Shown piece after piece: positions 47,470-60,300 of a stretch of 64,000 bases of DNA. Source of the DNA: a virus (taxonomy: Duplodnaviria > Caudoviricetes); the IMG/VR virus record IMGVR_UViG_3300031993_000012, positions 32,001 to 96,000 of that record; one strand, given 5' to 3'. The position numbers and the translations under genes were made by a program. Each line of letters opens with the position of its first letter. Position 1 is the first letter of the stretch. Below the pieces are notes generated by a model that searched no databases, was not told the origin of the DNA, and saw only the letters and a program-made list of their open reading frames with translations.

Positions 47470-50400
47470 CTAATCCTCCCTTCTGATTTCGGCTGAAATT
47501 AATTTCTTATAATCACGATTGATATGTACAGATTTAATTTCTTCAGCATATGTTTCAGCATCATATTGAAGATTTCCAACATGAATTGACATATATGATG
47601 AATTGAATCTGATGTATCTATAATCGTACACAAATGCTTGGGCTTGATAACTATTCATTGGGTATATTGAACGATTGTATTTATAACCCAGATTATATTT
47701 CGCTGACGATTGATAATTGGTTGTAAATAATTTGTAATATGGTAAGAAGAAGTATTGTTTGAATGGAGTACCTAATACAACCGGATTTCCGTCAGTATCA
47801 ATATTATTGGCAATCGGTCTGAAATCATTCAATGTGAATTGTAATGGTAAACTTACAAATGATTTGTATGTATCATATACATCATTGGGTTTCAATTCAC
47901 ATATATAAAGATTCATCAAACCATTGCATGTTATGTACAAAATATTATTTGATACATATACCGACGTTGGTGTCGTTGATGATAATGGGATTACGAATGT
48001 TCCAAGTAATGTTAAATCTGTACTTGAATAAATTGCAACTGTATCAGAACCACCGGAAACTTCCGATACAACAAATATACGTTCATCGTCTGCACATACT
48101 ACAGAATTCTTGCTGGAGAACGATGCACATGTGTCATCTGATAGATCAAATGAATAGAATGTATTTTTATCTAATCTTGCGATTATATAATTACCACTGT
48201 AAACGATTTCACCGAATACACCATTTGGTGATGAATATATCTGTCGAACTGTTTCTTGCAAACGTGTGTTATAGAAATTAATATGCTTATCAGTTAATGT
48301 ATGATACAAGAATACTTCATCATTATACCAACATATACGTCCACCTGCGATTTGATCCTGTGTAATTATTTTCATTTTACCAACAAGATCAGTTTGATCG
48401 ACAATGGAATTCAACGGAATTCTCCAGAAGAAACTTTTATTACGATACACGGTGATATATACGTCAGTATCATTAATTAAGAAATCTCCGACTTGGTTAT
48501 ATATGGATGATTCATAATTCATTTCCAATTCTGATAATGTTGTCTCGAATATAACAGTAATTGTTTTTGTTATTATATTGAAACTCGATAATCTGATATG
48601 GGTATCATTCATACTCATTAATGTATAAACAATACGATTACGTACCTTCGAATTTATATAACCAATCTTTGTGATTGTTGTTCCATCCAACATTGTTTGT
48701 GGAATGAAATCATTGTATTTAGTTGGTATTTTATTATATTCACCGACAGACATTAAATCCGTTGGTCGTTTATAAACCTTTTCATGTTCAATTGGTGGTT
48801 CACTGTGATCTGTACGTGTTGATGTGGTTGATATTGAATAAACCTGATATTCATGGTCAGGTTCATCATCCATAACAAATGTCATGTCGATACGTTGTTG
48901 AGATTCATATGGTTCTGATTTAACCGTATATTCGATATTAGAATCAAAGTTCTCTGTATCAATTGATATTTCATCAATATAATTGGATGTATTGATTAAT
49001 GTTGTAACGTGTAATGTATTTGGAACGGTGACGTATGCAACACCGCTAATGTTGTCATCAGGGTCATTGAAGTATATGTCATAATTACCAACGAGACCAT
49101 TTTCATTTTCGATTGTTGAAGTACCATACTCCATAATCGCAGAAAGTGTAATCGTTTCAACACCTGGAACCAATGTCCATAATTCATTTTCAGAATCATA
49201 TGTTTTAATTCCTACAGTGTCTCTGATTAACAGCTTGCTGGTTGTCACACCATTAACCGTGATTGTTATCGAACCGAATTTATTGGTGTTACCACCCTGG
49301 ATATTAACGGCATCTGTCATATGATATTTAGAATCTGGAATATAGCCAGTTGGTTTATACGATGATGCTGTTAATACATAACCAGAACCGCCACAACCGT
49401 AACGATCATCATCACCACCACTGTCAGGTTCGGTTCCACAGCCACCAAACCAGCCACCGCCACCGGAACCACCGTTGCCACCATTAACATTACCACCAGC
49501 ACCGCCGTATCCAAAACCACCGTTGGTTTCAGGATATTCATTTGTCGGTGATGCAATCTGAGTACCTGGTCCAGCATTATATCCATATCCATATGTACGA
49601 GTATCTTCACCACCTTCGGTACCACCACCATGACCAGCATGAACGTCATTATCGTTGCCATTACAACCACCGCCACCACCAGCACCACCGGCGACAATTA
49701 TACGTGATAACAACGAGTTTGTGGTATTGATGTATGTGTATTCGTATGTCGTTTTGTCTTCATCTGGTACAGCTGGTCCAGCAATAAAATCACGATTGTA
49801 AAATGTCCCAGCATAGAAAGTTTGTCGTAATATATCATACATTCCAAGCGCATCATCTGAATTACGTTTACATGGAACCAGATAACATTTGAATTCACTT
49901 GATTCATATACTTTGAATGAATACATCTTACCGATCATTGTCGCGCCATCATAATTGTTATTGTTATTCAAACCGAACAGACGCATTACCCTTTCGCCAT
50001 CAACCTGGCCACCAGATGAATTTGTCCAGCCATCGATCAATTGACCATTATCATCATACCATGATGCAGAAGCACCATCAGTTATAATAGTAACATTTTG
50101 ATCTCTCGGGAATGTAGAATCGTAATGATGATATTCATCACTATTACATCCATAACATGGATACCAATCCCATGCATATTGAGCAAAGAATACATGAGCG
50201 CGTACTCTTTGATCCGTACGCGCACCATATATACCAACGTATCCAACATTGTTACTTGTGGATGATACATAACAATGGCATTCAATTCTTGTGTCTGATT
50301 TATGAATGTAACCAATATCGATATATGGACCACCTTCGGATTCCAAGTATTCCAATTCAGTATATCCAGATGGAACAGACAGTACTTCAGTAACTGTTTC

Positions 50401-52782
50401 TGGTTTTAATAAACGAACATCAGTACCACCACCAGATGCAGTCGCTTGTGATTTATATGTGGTCGTGTCCGAACATGCACCACCATTGAATGTAGAATTC
50501 GGGAATCGTGATTGATACATATTTGATATACCATCAGGATACATCAACGCATGTGTTGGACAACCACCGACGACCAGATATACATCCGTTGGTTCTGATA
50601 ATGATAACGAACCTGCAACATGTCCACCATATGCAAGTTTCGTTGTATTCAATGTCCAACGATTACAACCAGCAGCACCATCACATGTTATACGATAATC
50701 ACCAACTGGCAATGTGAGTTTTTCATAATTACCAGTGCATATTGATTTAATCGTATCACCGTTTTTGATTTTTGTCGTTTGTTTACATATGATGACTTTT
50801 GCTTGATTGGAACAACCGGAATTCATATACGCATGTTGGAAGTAATATTTAGAAGTTGGAATATACCCAGTCGGTTTATGTGAATTGGCGGTTAATACAT
50901 AACCAGAACCACCACCTCCACATGTTACGGAATTTGATTGATAACTGTATGCCAGACCGGTGTAACCACCAAACCAGCCACCACCACCACCGCCATCGCC
51001 TTCGCCACCACCACCAGTAGCGTCAATTCCGGTTTTGCGTATTCCATCTTGTCCACGACCAAAATGTGCACCCTCAGTTTGTGTTGGATATATACGTGCA
51101 TTATATGCTTGACCTGTGGTACCACCAATAGCACCACCGCCACCGGCATTATTATTATTACCGGTCATCCAGTCTCCTCCAGCACGCCATCCACCACCAG
51201 CTCCACCAGCAACCATTATACGTGACATAAGTGAATCACGTTGAGTTGTATGGATATCTACTGCATTAGATGAAGCTAATTGTTTTCCGGGTTTGTAATA
51301 AGTATGTGTCATTTTGAATGATTGTTTGATTATCATAAATGACATATTTGCATTAACAGTTGCACCATTTGCAACAGTGAATTCAATACAGTTGATTGTT
51401 TGTAAACGTAAACCGGATGGACCGGTGAAATAATCATATGCCGGGTATCCATCAGCATAAGTTTCATATGCAGTAAACGTATCATATGTTGAATCATAAT
51501 ATCCGAATTTAAATGTAATTGTATTTGGTATTGATTGTGGATTTATGAATGCTACTGAATAACCATTCTTATCATCATATGAACCGATCTCTGGAATATA
51601 TACCGGTGTGCGTAACATCGCACGATATATTGCGGTATTAGATGCAGTACCAGAAATTGAATAATTGCCTTCATCAATAATAAATCGCACACCATCAACA
51701 GTATCATCATCATTGACTGCCATTGATAATATATTTGGAGAATAATCTCCATCATATGCAGTAAATGTATTTGCACATACATCATAGAATCCTGGAGTAT
51801 CATCTGAGTTACGAATAACCGGAATGAATTTATGAACATCATTACCATCTTCCGATATAGTAAATGAATGCATAATTCCAGGACATGAATTGTTATAGAA
51901 GAACGTTGAATTGTCTGATGTTTTATGTTGACCAAAGAATGACAATGTTGGTATCAAATATTCAGATTTGGCGAAATCAAATGATGCACATCCGATACCA
52001 TAATCTTCCGAATGATATACAGTTTGAGAATCATATGCATGCCATGTTATTTCAGTTCCTGTGAAGTTGTATATTACTCGACCGGGTAATACATTATTTG
52101 CACAATATTCCGTTTCAAATCCACCAGGTGTACCTGCCAAATATTTATCACTACCACTAACACGCAAACAAAATGAATATATCATTTTAACCGGGTCACT
52201 GGTTGTTGAGTTATATGAACCAAATAAATTCTGATAACTATACCAATCCGCAGACAGATATTCGAAATCTATCTCTAATGTAGTTGATCCTTTTGGTATA
52301 TAACCAGTATCAAAATAACTATCGTATTTACTACATAATTGCGTCAATACAGTATAATCATTTGGAATATTAACGGTCGTTGTTACAACAGATTCGGGTG
52401 TAACATTTAAACGTATATCTGATGCACCACCACCGGATGGACCAGAATGCCATTGTGTTGGTTTAACGGATTTACCACCTCGACCACCACCATTATATCC
52501 ACCTGGAGTAAATTGATCATTCGTATTACCGAGTTGACCATCACCACCGACGACAGCATATAACGTGGTATCTTCATTAAATGTGATGACACCCATTGAC
52601 ATACCACCTAAAGGCATACTTGATGTCTCTTGATGTGAATCTGAATATCCACCACGTGCACCATAACACATCATCAAATATGTTCCCGGATGCAATGTGA
52701 ATTGTTCTGGTTGTCCAGTGTATGTGAATTCCTCGATTACTTCAAATAACGTATCTTTATATACGTATAACTCACGACTCAT
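47470..52782 (-). CDS. large tail protein with two glycine-rich (ALK/LTK GRD-like) domains and lectin-like inserts
   Basis: Two copies of GGG.(S/T)D.RL...SRI.VAGGAGGG...GGGGWFGG...GGSGYV. Confidence 0.75.
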   Translation of the reverse strand: MSRELYVYKDTLFEVIEEFTYTGQPEQFTLHPGTYLMMCYGARGGYSDSHQETSSMPLGGMSMGVITFNEDTTLYAVVGGDGQLGNTNDQFTPGGYNGGGRGGKSVKPTQWHSGPSGGGASDIRLNVTPESVVTTTVNIPNDYTVLTQLCSKYDSYFDTGYIPKGSTTLEIDFEYLSADWYSYQNLFGSYNSTTSDPVKMIYSFCLRVSGSDKYLAGTPGGFETEYCANNVLPGRVIYNFTGTEITWHAYDSQTVYHSEDYGIGCASFDFAKSEYLIPTLSFFGQHKTSDNSTFFYNNSCPGIMHSFTISEDGNDVHKFIPVIRNSDDTPGFYDVCANTFTAYDGDYSPNILSMAVNDDDTVDGVRFIIDEGNYSISGTASNTAIYRAMLRTPVYIPEIGSYDDKNGYSVAFINPQSIPNTITFKFGYYDSTYDTFTAYETYADGYPAYDYFTGPSGLRLQTINCIEFTVANGATVNANMSFMIIKQSFKMTHTYYKPGKQLASSNAVDIHTTQRDSLMSRIMVAGGAGGGWRAGGDWMTGNNNNAGGGGAIGGTTGQAYNARIYPTQTEGAHFGRGQDGIRKTGIDATGGGGEGDGGGGGGWFGGYTGLAYSYQSNSVTCGGGGSGYVLTANSHKPTGYIPTSKYYFQHAYMNSGCSNQAKVIICKQTTKIKNGDTIKSICTGNYEKLTLPVGDYRITCDGAAGCNRWTLNTTKLAYGGHVAGSLSLSEPTDVYLVVGGCPTHALMYPDGISNMYQSRFPNSTFNGGACSDTTTYKSQATASGGGTDVRLLKPETVTEVLSVPSGYTELEYLESEGGPYIDIGYIHKSDTRIECHCYVSSTSNNVGYVGIYGARTDQRVRAHVFFAQYAWDWYPCYGCNSDEYHHYDSTFPRDQNVTIITDGASASWYDDNGQLIDGWTNSSGGQVDGERVMRLFGLNNNNNYDGATMIGKMYSFKVYESSEFKCYLVPCKRNSDDALGMYDILRQTFYAGTFYNRDFIAGPAVPDEDKTTYEYTYINTTNSLLSRIIVAGGAGGGGGCNGNDNDVHAGHGGGTEGGEDTRTYGYGYNAGPGTQIASPTNEYPETNGGFGYGGAGGNVNGGNGGSGGGGWFGGCGTEPDSGGDDDRYGCGGSGYVLTASSYKPTGYIPDSKYHMTDAVNIQGGNTNKFGSITITVNGVTTSKLLIRDTVGIKTYDSENELWTLVPGVETITLSAIMEYGTSTIENENGLVGNYDIYFNDPDDNISGVAYVTVPNTLHVTTLINTSNYIDEISIDTENFDSNIEYTVKSEPYESQQRIDMTFVMDDEPDHEYQVYSISTTSTRTDHSEPPIEHEKVYKRPTDLMSVGEYNKIPTKYNDFIPQTMLDGTTITKIGYINSKVRNRIVYTLMSMNDTHIRLSSFNIITKTITVIFETTLSELEMNYESSIYNQVGDFLINDTDVYITVYRNKSFFWRIPLNSIVDQTDLVGKMKIITQDQIAGGRICWYNDEVFLYHTLTDKHINFYNTRLQETVRQIYSSPNGVFGEIVYSGNYIIARLDKNTFYSFDLSDDTCASFSSKNSVVCADDERIFVVSEVSGGSDTVAIYSSTDLTLLGTFVIPLSSTTPTSVYVSNNILYITCNGLMNLYICELKPNDVYDTYKSFVSLPLQFTLNDFRPIANNIDTDGNPVVLGTPFKQYFFLPYYKLFTTNYQSSAKYNLGYKYNRSIYPMNSYQAQAFVYDYRYIRFNSSYMSIHVGNLQYDAETYAEEIKSVHINRDYKKLISAEIRRED

Positions 52783-52812
52783 TATATCACCTTCTTTCTA
52801 CAATTATAATTA

Positions 52813-53259
52813 TTAAGTAAGATCATAAGGTTCACCAGTGCTGTCATATATTGCAACAAGTGTATCCTGTGGCAGATTGTTGATAGTTTCTTGATCTGGA
52901 TTGGAGCCAAATGTAACGATTGATGATTCGAAACCAACAATCTTCAATTTGATACTACCAGGTGTACCATCACCATGATAATCAAGATCAAAGTTTCTAC
53001 TCGTATATCCAGTTAATACACGATATACAGTTTCTTCATGTACGAGTAATGTATTACGAGCGTAATATTTACCACTTTCATAATCGACGATTGTAGCATT
53101 GCCACCACCGCTACCTCCACCACCTTGGGATAATTCAAGCTGGTCGAGTTTATCTGCAATTTCCTGAAGTTTTTCATTATTTGCCGTAATAGCATTCTTC
53201 AGTTTTGTAAATATTTCTGTAATTGTCATATTAATCAATCTCCTTCCGGATTCAACCAT
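52813..53259 (-). CDS. hypothetical virion-associated protein
   Basis: Coiled coil, Gly linker, small beta domain; start may be ATG at 53229. Confidence 0.7.
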   Translation of the reverse strand: MVESGRRLINMTITEIFTKLKNAITANNEKLQEIADKLDQLELSQGGGGSGGGNATIVDYESGKYYARNTLLVHEETVYRVLTGYTSRNFDLDYHGDGTPGSIKLKIVGFESSIVTFGSNPDQETINNLPQDTLVAIYDSTGEPYDLT

Positions 53260-53429
53260 TCGTAGATACGATTGTCAATCTGGGTTAATGTAGCCAGTTT
53301 ACTTTCCTCTTGAGTTATTATAGGAATAAGATTCTCATTCAGAAAGTTTTCTAACCATTCGGCGGTAATCACGTTACATGTACCATCCGGCAGGTTAAAT
53401 GTAAGCGGTTTATTTTTATCAAATGCCAT
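53235..53429 (-). CDS. hypothetical protein, first gene of late operon
   Basis: RBS AAAGGAGTGA; late motif at 53453-53470. Confidence 0.7.
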   Translation of the reverse strand: MAFDKNKPLTFNLPDGTCNVITAEWLENFLNENLIPIITQEESKLATLTQIDNRIYEWLNPEGD

Positions 53430-53452
53430 ATAGCTTCACTCCTTTGTGTAAG

Positions 53453-53470
53453 ATTACAAATCGGTTGACC
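53453..53470 (-). promoter_or_regulatory. putative phage late promoter
   Basis: GGTCAACC-GATTTG-TAAT. Confidence 0.6.
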
Positions 53471-53559
53471 TATAGGAATACCCGGAACATACAATAAAAA
53501 TCATTATGATTGAACATATAAGTATTATTATCAAACCAAATGAAAGGTAGGTATTTAAC

Positions 53560-53742
53560 ATGAATATCACAGTTTATGATAGAGCCAATGGTCAAGTTGT
53601 TGCGGAATTAATGACTGCAACTGCAAACGACGTATTGAAGTTCATCCAAAAAGGATTCAAAGTTATAGATAATTATACAAAACAAGAATTGTCTGAATCC
53701 GATGTTTTATCGATGGTAGGAATGTCCGAGTGTGTAATATAA
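53560..53742 (+). CDS. hypothetical protein
   Basis: 60 aa, RBS GAAAGGTAGG. Confidence 0.65.
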   Translation: MNITVYDRANGQVVAELMTATANDVLKFIQKGFKVIDNYTKQELSESDVLSMVGMSECVI

Positions 53743-53823
53743 ATTTCTACATTCGGTATACATATCATTAGCATGAATAGGATACAAGGATATCCATTCA
53801 AATAAACTCAAAGGAGAATTATT

Positions 53824-54261
53824 ATGGCAGGAATTTTTAGCATGGGTGCATTCGTTGCATATGGTAACGCAGCACTCAACAATCAGAAGGGTAAGTCCAG
53901 TGATCTTCAGGAAGCTTTCAGAGCTGACCTTAAGAAGAACATTGCAATCGCAGGTTATCCTTCGAAGGACGAAATCGGTATCATTGATGAAATCGATAAC
54001 TTCACATTCGAGAACACTCTCAAGCATGTACCTCAGTTGGTATCTGACTATATGAGAGATGAGAACAGAAAGTTCAATATCCCTGCACCCGATGGTAGCT
54101 GTACTGATGCTACAATCGAAATTGTCCATAAGGACAAGCAGACTAAAACGGGTGTTGCAAAACTTGGTAACGGCAAAGAGCCTATTCCGTGGGAGTCAAC
54201 CATCAAAGAACATGATGAGTTTGCAATTACCAACCGCAGAGATCCGTTCAAAGTAAAGTAA
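53824..54261 (+). CDS. hypothetical protein, probably highly expressed
   Basis: RBS AAAGGAGA; codon usage rich in AAG/TTC/AAC; followed by GGTGGGGCC/GGCCCCACC hairpin. Confidence 0.8.
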   Translation: MAGIFSMGAFVAYGNAALNNQKGKSSDLQEAFRADLKKNIAIAGYPSKDEIGIIDEIDNFTFENTLKHVPQLVSDYMRDENRKFNIPAPDGSCTDATIEIVHKDKQTKTGVAKLGNGKEPIPWESTIKEHDEFAITNRRDPFKVK

Positions 54262-54344
54262 TCTTCATGGCATATTTGTGCATGCTTCCTTAAGACACAT
54301 GAAAGGTGGGGCCACATGGCCCCACCCCAAGTGTGTTTATTTTT

Positions 54345-57300
54345 TTAACTGCTAACCATAGCGGTGATAACATCTGGAATTGCATCATCATACATATCAG
54401 ATGAATTTGCTGAAGTTGATGTACCTCTATTGGTACCAATGTTCTCTAGCTTATCCAGTATCTTGTTGAGTAACTTTTCTGTTCTCGGTGAACGTGTATT
54501 GAATTCTGTCTTTATAAGATAATTCAGTAAATCAACACGACTGAGATCAGCAGTATCATTATTGATACCACCTTGGATAGTATAGTTATTGACTGTATAT
54601 GAACCCTCGTTATCATAACCATAGCTCATTAATGTATCGAGCGCGTTATTACTCAGAGGGGGAATACTATTAATTGTATCATCACCGGCACCATATACTC
54701 CGGTTGGAATAAAGAATCCGGAATCAGTTGAATTATAATCAAAATCACCACATGCGGTTGAATCTTGATTAAGCTGTTTAAGTGTTTTCTGTTGTGTCTT
54801 AGATAACAGAATATCACGGTTAACGTTCGAATACGTTTTATCATATGATGTCGAGAATGTAACGTATGGTGCGTCTACATCTTTGGTGATTGTTTTTGGT
54901 GTACCGAATTTACCACTTGTCGTACCAACGAATTGTTTAGTTGTATATTTACCTGTGTAAGGTCCTCTTGCAGTAAACCAGTGGTTTCTATAATATGATT
55001 GCCATCTCTGTCCAGTAGCATCCGTTTCTGCTGTACTCTTATAGAATGTCAGGTTTTCAGAAGAACCTTTCCATTTACTTATACGAGCATCTGATTCAGA
55101 GTTAATACTATTGACTGTATTACCACGATATGATTTATTCTTGACATCAGATGTCAATGCAAAGTCTGACATTTGACCCCAACCACAGAGAGTACCCCAT
55201 TGTGAACTGTAACCAACATAAACGAAATACCAGCTACCAGTTGTAGTAACTTTTGTGTATCTCTTATTGTTTTGAAGTTTACATGTTATCTTGGCGCTTG
55301 TACTTGGTTCAAGATACAAATATACATCACCATATCCTTTGGTAGTAAGCTGATCGTTACTCCATAAAGTACCACCGGTATGTTTCTTTTTCATTGTATG
55401 ATAAAGATCATTACGTTCGGTGTTGGTTGCATATATACGAGTATCACCTTCAAGACCTTCACCATCACCTTTTTCACCTTCATCGTCATAATCGTAATCA
55501 CCGAATGATGAAGATGATGAATTTGCCGCACTAATGGCAGCAGCAGTTGTATCAAGTTGACCTTGAACTGTACCAAGCATGTTCTTATAGTATTCAGGAA
55601 GATCATTTGCATAATCTCCAAGTATTGATGATATATCAAATGCGGCAACAGAACCACCACCGCCACCAGAAGCACCAGTTCCATATCCTTCAGCTTGACC
55701 ATTATCCAGCATCCAGTTATATGCTTCAACAGCAGTACGCATGTGACGAGCTTGACCGGTTGTCTTTGCAAAGTCATATGGTACAAGAGCGTTACCAACG
55801 TAATGTCCCATTGCTTCAGCGATATCAGTATCAGCATACGGACCCCATCTGTCTCCCTGTCCGAGTTTCGGAGCATATCCAAGAGCTTCTTTCATGGAGT
55901 TACCGTAATAACGATTGAAGTTAACGTTCTTTGCACGATCGTATGTTGATGTTGGAGAGAAGTATGTTTCGCCAATGTATTTCAACTGTTCAGCCAATGT
56001 AGAACCATACTTAGTTTCATTTGCACCAGAGTGTGAGTTCTTTGCATCTGGTATCCAGTTCATAAGACCGAATGCATACTGCTTACCAATATTATCCCAT
56101 ACAACTCGTGTCAGTGATTCTTCACCAGTAAGCTTCTTAGCGCCATTTTCGTGAATACCAATTGCAGCAACCATCGCAGTCTGTGGAGCCGTAAATCCAG
56201 CTTTCTTTGCAGCACCCCAATAGTCAGCCTTTGTAAGTTTGTCAGGATAATATTTCCATTGTGGAGATGCATTCTCCATTGCTTTACTGAGTTTGATTTT
56301 ACCTTGTGCATTCTTACCCATACTTGCAGCCATTGATACACCTGCAGCTCCTGCGGCAGCAGCACTACCACCAGTAGCCTCTGAATCAACAGCACCTTTG
56401 AAACGCAGTATTCGAGTAACACCATCAGCAGCGGTTAATGTTTGTGGCAGTAATGATATCCAGTCAGAATTACCATCCAGATATGCAGCACCAGCTTTAC
56501 CTGATTTGACAATACCTTCTTGACCCTGACCAACACCGGTACCACCATCGTAACCTTTAGCACTCCATGAACCTGCATCAGAACCATCAATGAACATACC
56601 GACGTGTTCTTGTGCACAGAGAATATCACCAGGTCTAGCGGATCCAGTTTTGAACTGTAAAATCTCCCAGTCATCAGACGGATTACCTTCGGAGTCAACA
56701 ACAAGATCTTGTTTGTTCTTCTGATAAAGATCATATGTACGAATACCAGTGCCATCACCACTACTGAAATTATATCCCATAGCTTTAACGGCTGCAGACA
56801 TAAGACCAGAACAGTCTTGCCTAAAATGTTTCAGTTCTGTACCATCTCTAAGAGTTACAGGACCAACGTCGCGGGATGTTGAATAAACACCGCCATTATT
56901 TTTAACAGCAGCTTCAAATACAGCAGCTGCAGCAGCATAAAGTGAATTAATATCACCACCACCGCCACCGGAACCACCAACGGCTCCACTACCACCACTA
57001 TTAGCAGCAGTTGTTGCAGTCAATGCTTCACCGAGTTTCTTAACAGCGATAGATGCTTTCTTAGCCTTAACGTATTCACTATCTTCACCTTCAAGCAGAT
57101 GTTTAAATCCACCAGTTACAATAGGATTACCATTTTCATCATGTACGATATTACCTTGAGCATCTTTCTGATAAACAACATACGGTTCATAGTAGTCTTT
57201 GCTGCTTTCAACGAATGATTCATATTGCTGTTTTAAATCATCGGTGATTGTATCATTAACAACCATTGAAATGTATTTGTTTCTTAATACTGAACTGGAG

Positions 57301-60300
57301 CTCCACGCATCAGAAATACGTTTCTCATATTCTTCAGGAGTTTCGCCGTCCTTCATAGGATTCTCAGCACGATACAAATCCATTGCTTTGATAACTTTAT
57401 TCTGGTAATCTTCATCAGAATAATTATCACGTGCTTCTTTAGCAATTTTACTTTCACGATCTTCTTTTTCTTGATTCTCAACCATTTCATCAACTTCTGC
57501 AGATGAATCAGTATTAAACAATTTACCGAAAATTCCAGAAAGTGACATAAGGTTTGCCATTGCTTCTTTAGTTTCATCTGAGAATGCTGCAAGTGAATCA
57601 ACGTCACCTGAACCATATATTCCCATAAGCGATGAACCAGCAACAGAGTTTGCTGAACGGCGTTGGATTCTACCAGTCATCGGATTTGATACATATACTC
57701 CACCATAGTGATCAGTACCAATTGCATTCAGATAATGGTTATTACCGTTACGAGTACCAAACTCAACACCACTTCCAACAAGTGTAATTGGATTATTCGG
57801 TGATGCCTTTTTCAGTGAACTCATCGTTACACCACCGACTTTAGTACCCATACCTAAGGCATTAGATGCAGATAAATATCCACCAACCGATGTTCCACGC
57901 GATGGATCATATGTGCCATGTGATGTCATTTTAGAAGCCAATGCAGACGCAGATATATTTGAACCTGTACGACGATTATATGCATCAGCCAATGCAACCG
58001 GACCACATCCACGACGTGACATATTTAAGTAATTACCATATGATGATTGTGAATCACCACTACCGATAACACTTATATCAGCATTTGAATATGGTATATC
58101 ACCACCAGAGTATGATGTTTGATATCCGTTACTTGATGAATCAAAACCAGAGTTTGTATCCGATTTAACGGTTGTATTAGTATCAACCGACGCATTATCA
58201 GTCTTCATTATTGTAGTAGCATTTGAATCACCAAAATCAGTACTGATATTATGCATCAAACGGAAACCCTTTTGAAGTTGAGCTACACCATCGGTTGTCA
58301 TTTGATCGGATTTCTCCAATAATGATTGTCCAAGCATTGAGATTTTATTCTCTTCATTTACCCATGGGAGTAATGATGCTAATTCACCAACGGTTGTGAT
58401 TATACGTCCGAGACCACCGATGATACCACCGACACCGGATTCAGCAATACCAAATATTGATATACCGAGACCCTTTATGAAATTCGCGGTGTCTTTAATA
58501 TCTCCAAGTCCAGATAATAATCTTAATGGACCGAATTTGAACAATTTTAACTGAAGCTTCTTATCTTCTTCGCGCTCTTCTTCGTGTTGCTTTTGAGCGT
58601 CTTTATTGTCTTCATCAGTTTTGTCATCACGTTCTTTGAAGTATTTAATGAGCGCTTGACCGGTTTTAGATACACCTTCCTTGGCCAATACACCAAGTAC
58701 ACCACCACCTGCAGCAGCAACCACAGTAGTAGCGCGATCAATTGCCTTACGTTTAACCATCTTTTCAGCTTCCTCGATAGAAAGCTTACCGCTCATAATT
58801 TGATCGTAAATTTCTTCACGTTTTGTTTTATTAAGTGGATACATAAGTTTAGCCAAACGATTAGCAACTTCATCCTTATTACCAGATGTAAGTTTATCAT
58901 GTATACCACCTTTGACCTTAGATGCAACTTGCTTTGCACCTTGTGCCAAACCATATGCAGCAATACCACCGACACCACCTGCGAGAACAGCTCCGGTTGC
59001 GAGCATCTTTTTACGCAGCATCTTCTTGGCGTCTTCTTCGGTGATCTCACCACTCATCATCTTTTCGTATACTTCTTGACGTTTTTCTTTATTGACTGGA
59101 TGTAAACGTTTAGAATACTTTTCAGCAATTTCATGTTTCTCATCAGAACTCTTTGCTTTGTATTCAGTATCCTTTTTCTTTTTCTTGTCAGCAGCTTCTT
59201 TGTCTTCACCTGTATCTGTAAGACCACATTCTTTATAGTATTGAGCACGTTTCTTTTTATCAAATGGATGCATAAGAACACCAAATGCTTTTGCAAATTT
59301 GGTGGTTAACCATTTAACACCCTTAGCAATCCATTCGACTGGTTTGAGTACAACGTTTACAATCTTACCAACTGCTTTTCCTAAGAACTCAAGCCATGGA
59401 CCGAGTGGTTTAAGAATTGTATTAACTGCTTCACCAAGTAATGTGAGGATTGGTTCAAGCGCAGTCAGTATAGGAGCAATGATACCAGTAACAGATTTAA
59501 CAATCTCACCGATTGATTTAGTCAATATCTTCAATACAGGTTTCAGAGTTTTGTTCAATGTTTTAAACAAACCGCTGAATGATTTTGCAATACCTTTAAC
59601 AACAGAAGTTACTGTTTTAAATAATATCTTAAATCCTTCAACACCCATAAAGATATTGAATAAGATACCAGCGATACCAGACATGATTCCACCCATACCA
59701 CCAAGTATCTTAGAGATACCACCAAGTTTACCACCTAACTTGGAACCAATCTTATCACCTATACGTGAGAACACACTACCTTTCTTTTCACCACCAGCAG
59801 GTTTCTGTTGATCAGCTCCTACTGTAGGCATTGAAGGTGTGGGTGCCGGTTTTGGTTGCGATGTTGGTGGAGTTGTTGTTGATGGAGTTTGTGTGCTGAT
59901 AGAATCCATTGTTGGTGGATTCTGTTGTGCACCAATTGTTGGCATCAATGATTGTGTTGGATTCGTTGGTTTTTGTTGTGTTGGAGTATTAACCTTTGGA
60001 GCTGTTATTGAATCCATCGTCGGAGGTTCGTCTTTCTTCTTTCTACTATTAAGGAAACTACGTAATCTACCGGGTTTCTTCTCTTCTGATTCTCCTTCCG
60101 GTTTCTCTTTCTTTTTAAACAATTCTTTGGTTCCTTGCCATACTTGTTTTGCACCGGTTGTTATTTTGCCAATGTTCTTTTGAAGTTGTTTCTTAAAGAA
60201 ATTGATTACCGGCGACATGAATTTCTTGGCTGCACCAAATGCAGTCTTCAATGCTGTTGTTATTCCTGCAATCAATGGAGCGAAGAAATTCTTCAGTATT

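Noticed and set aside
53824-54261. HU/IHF-like DNA-binding protein
   Set aside because: Only a vague arm-like C-terminus; canonical GFG.F and RNP motifs absent
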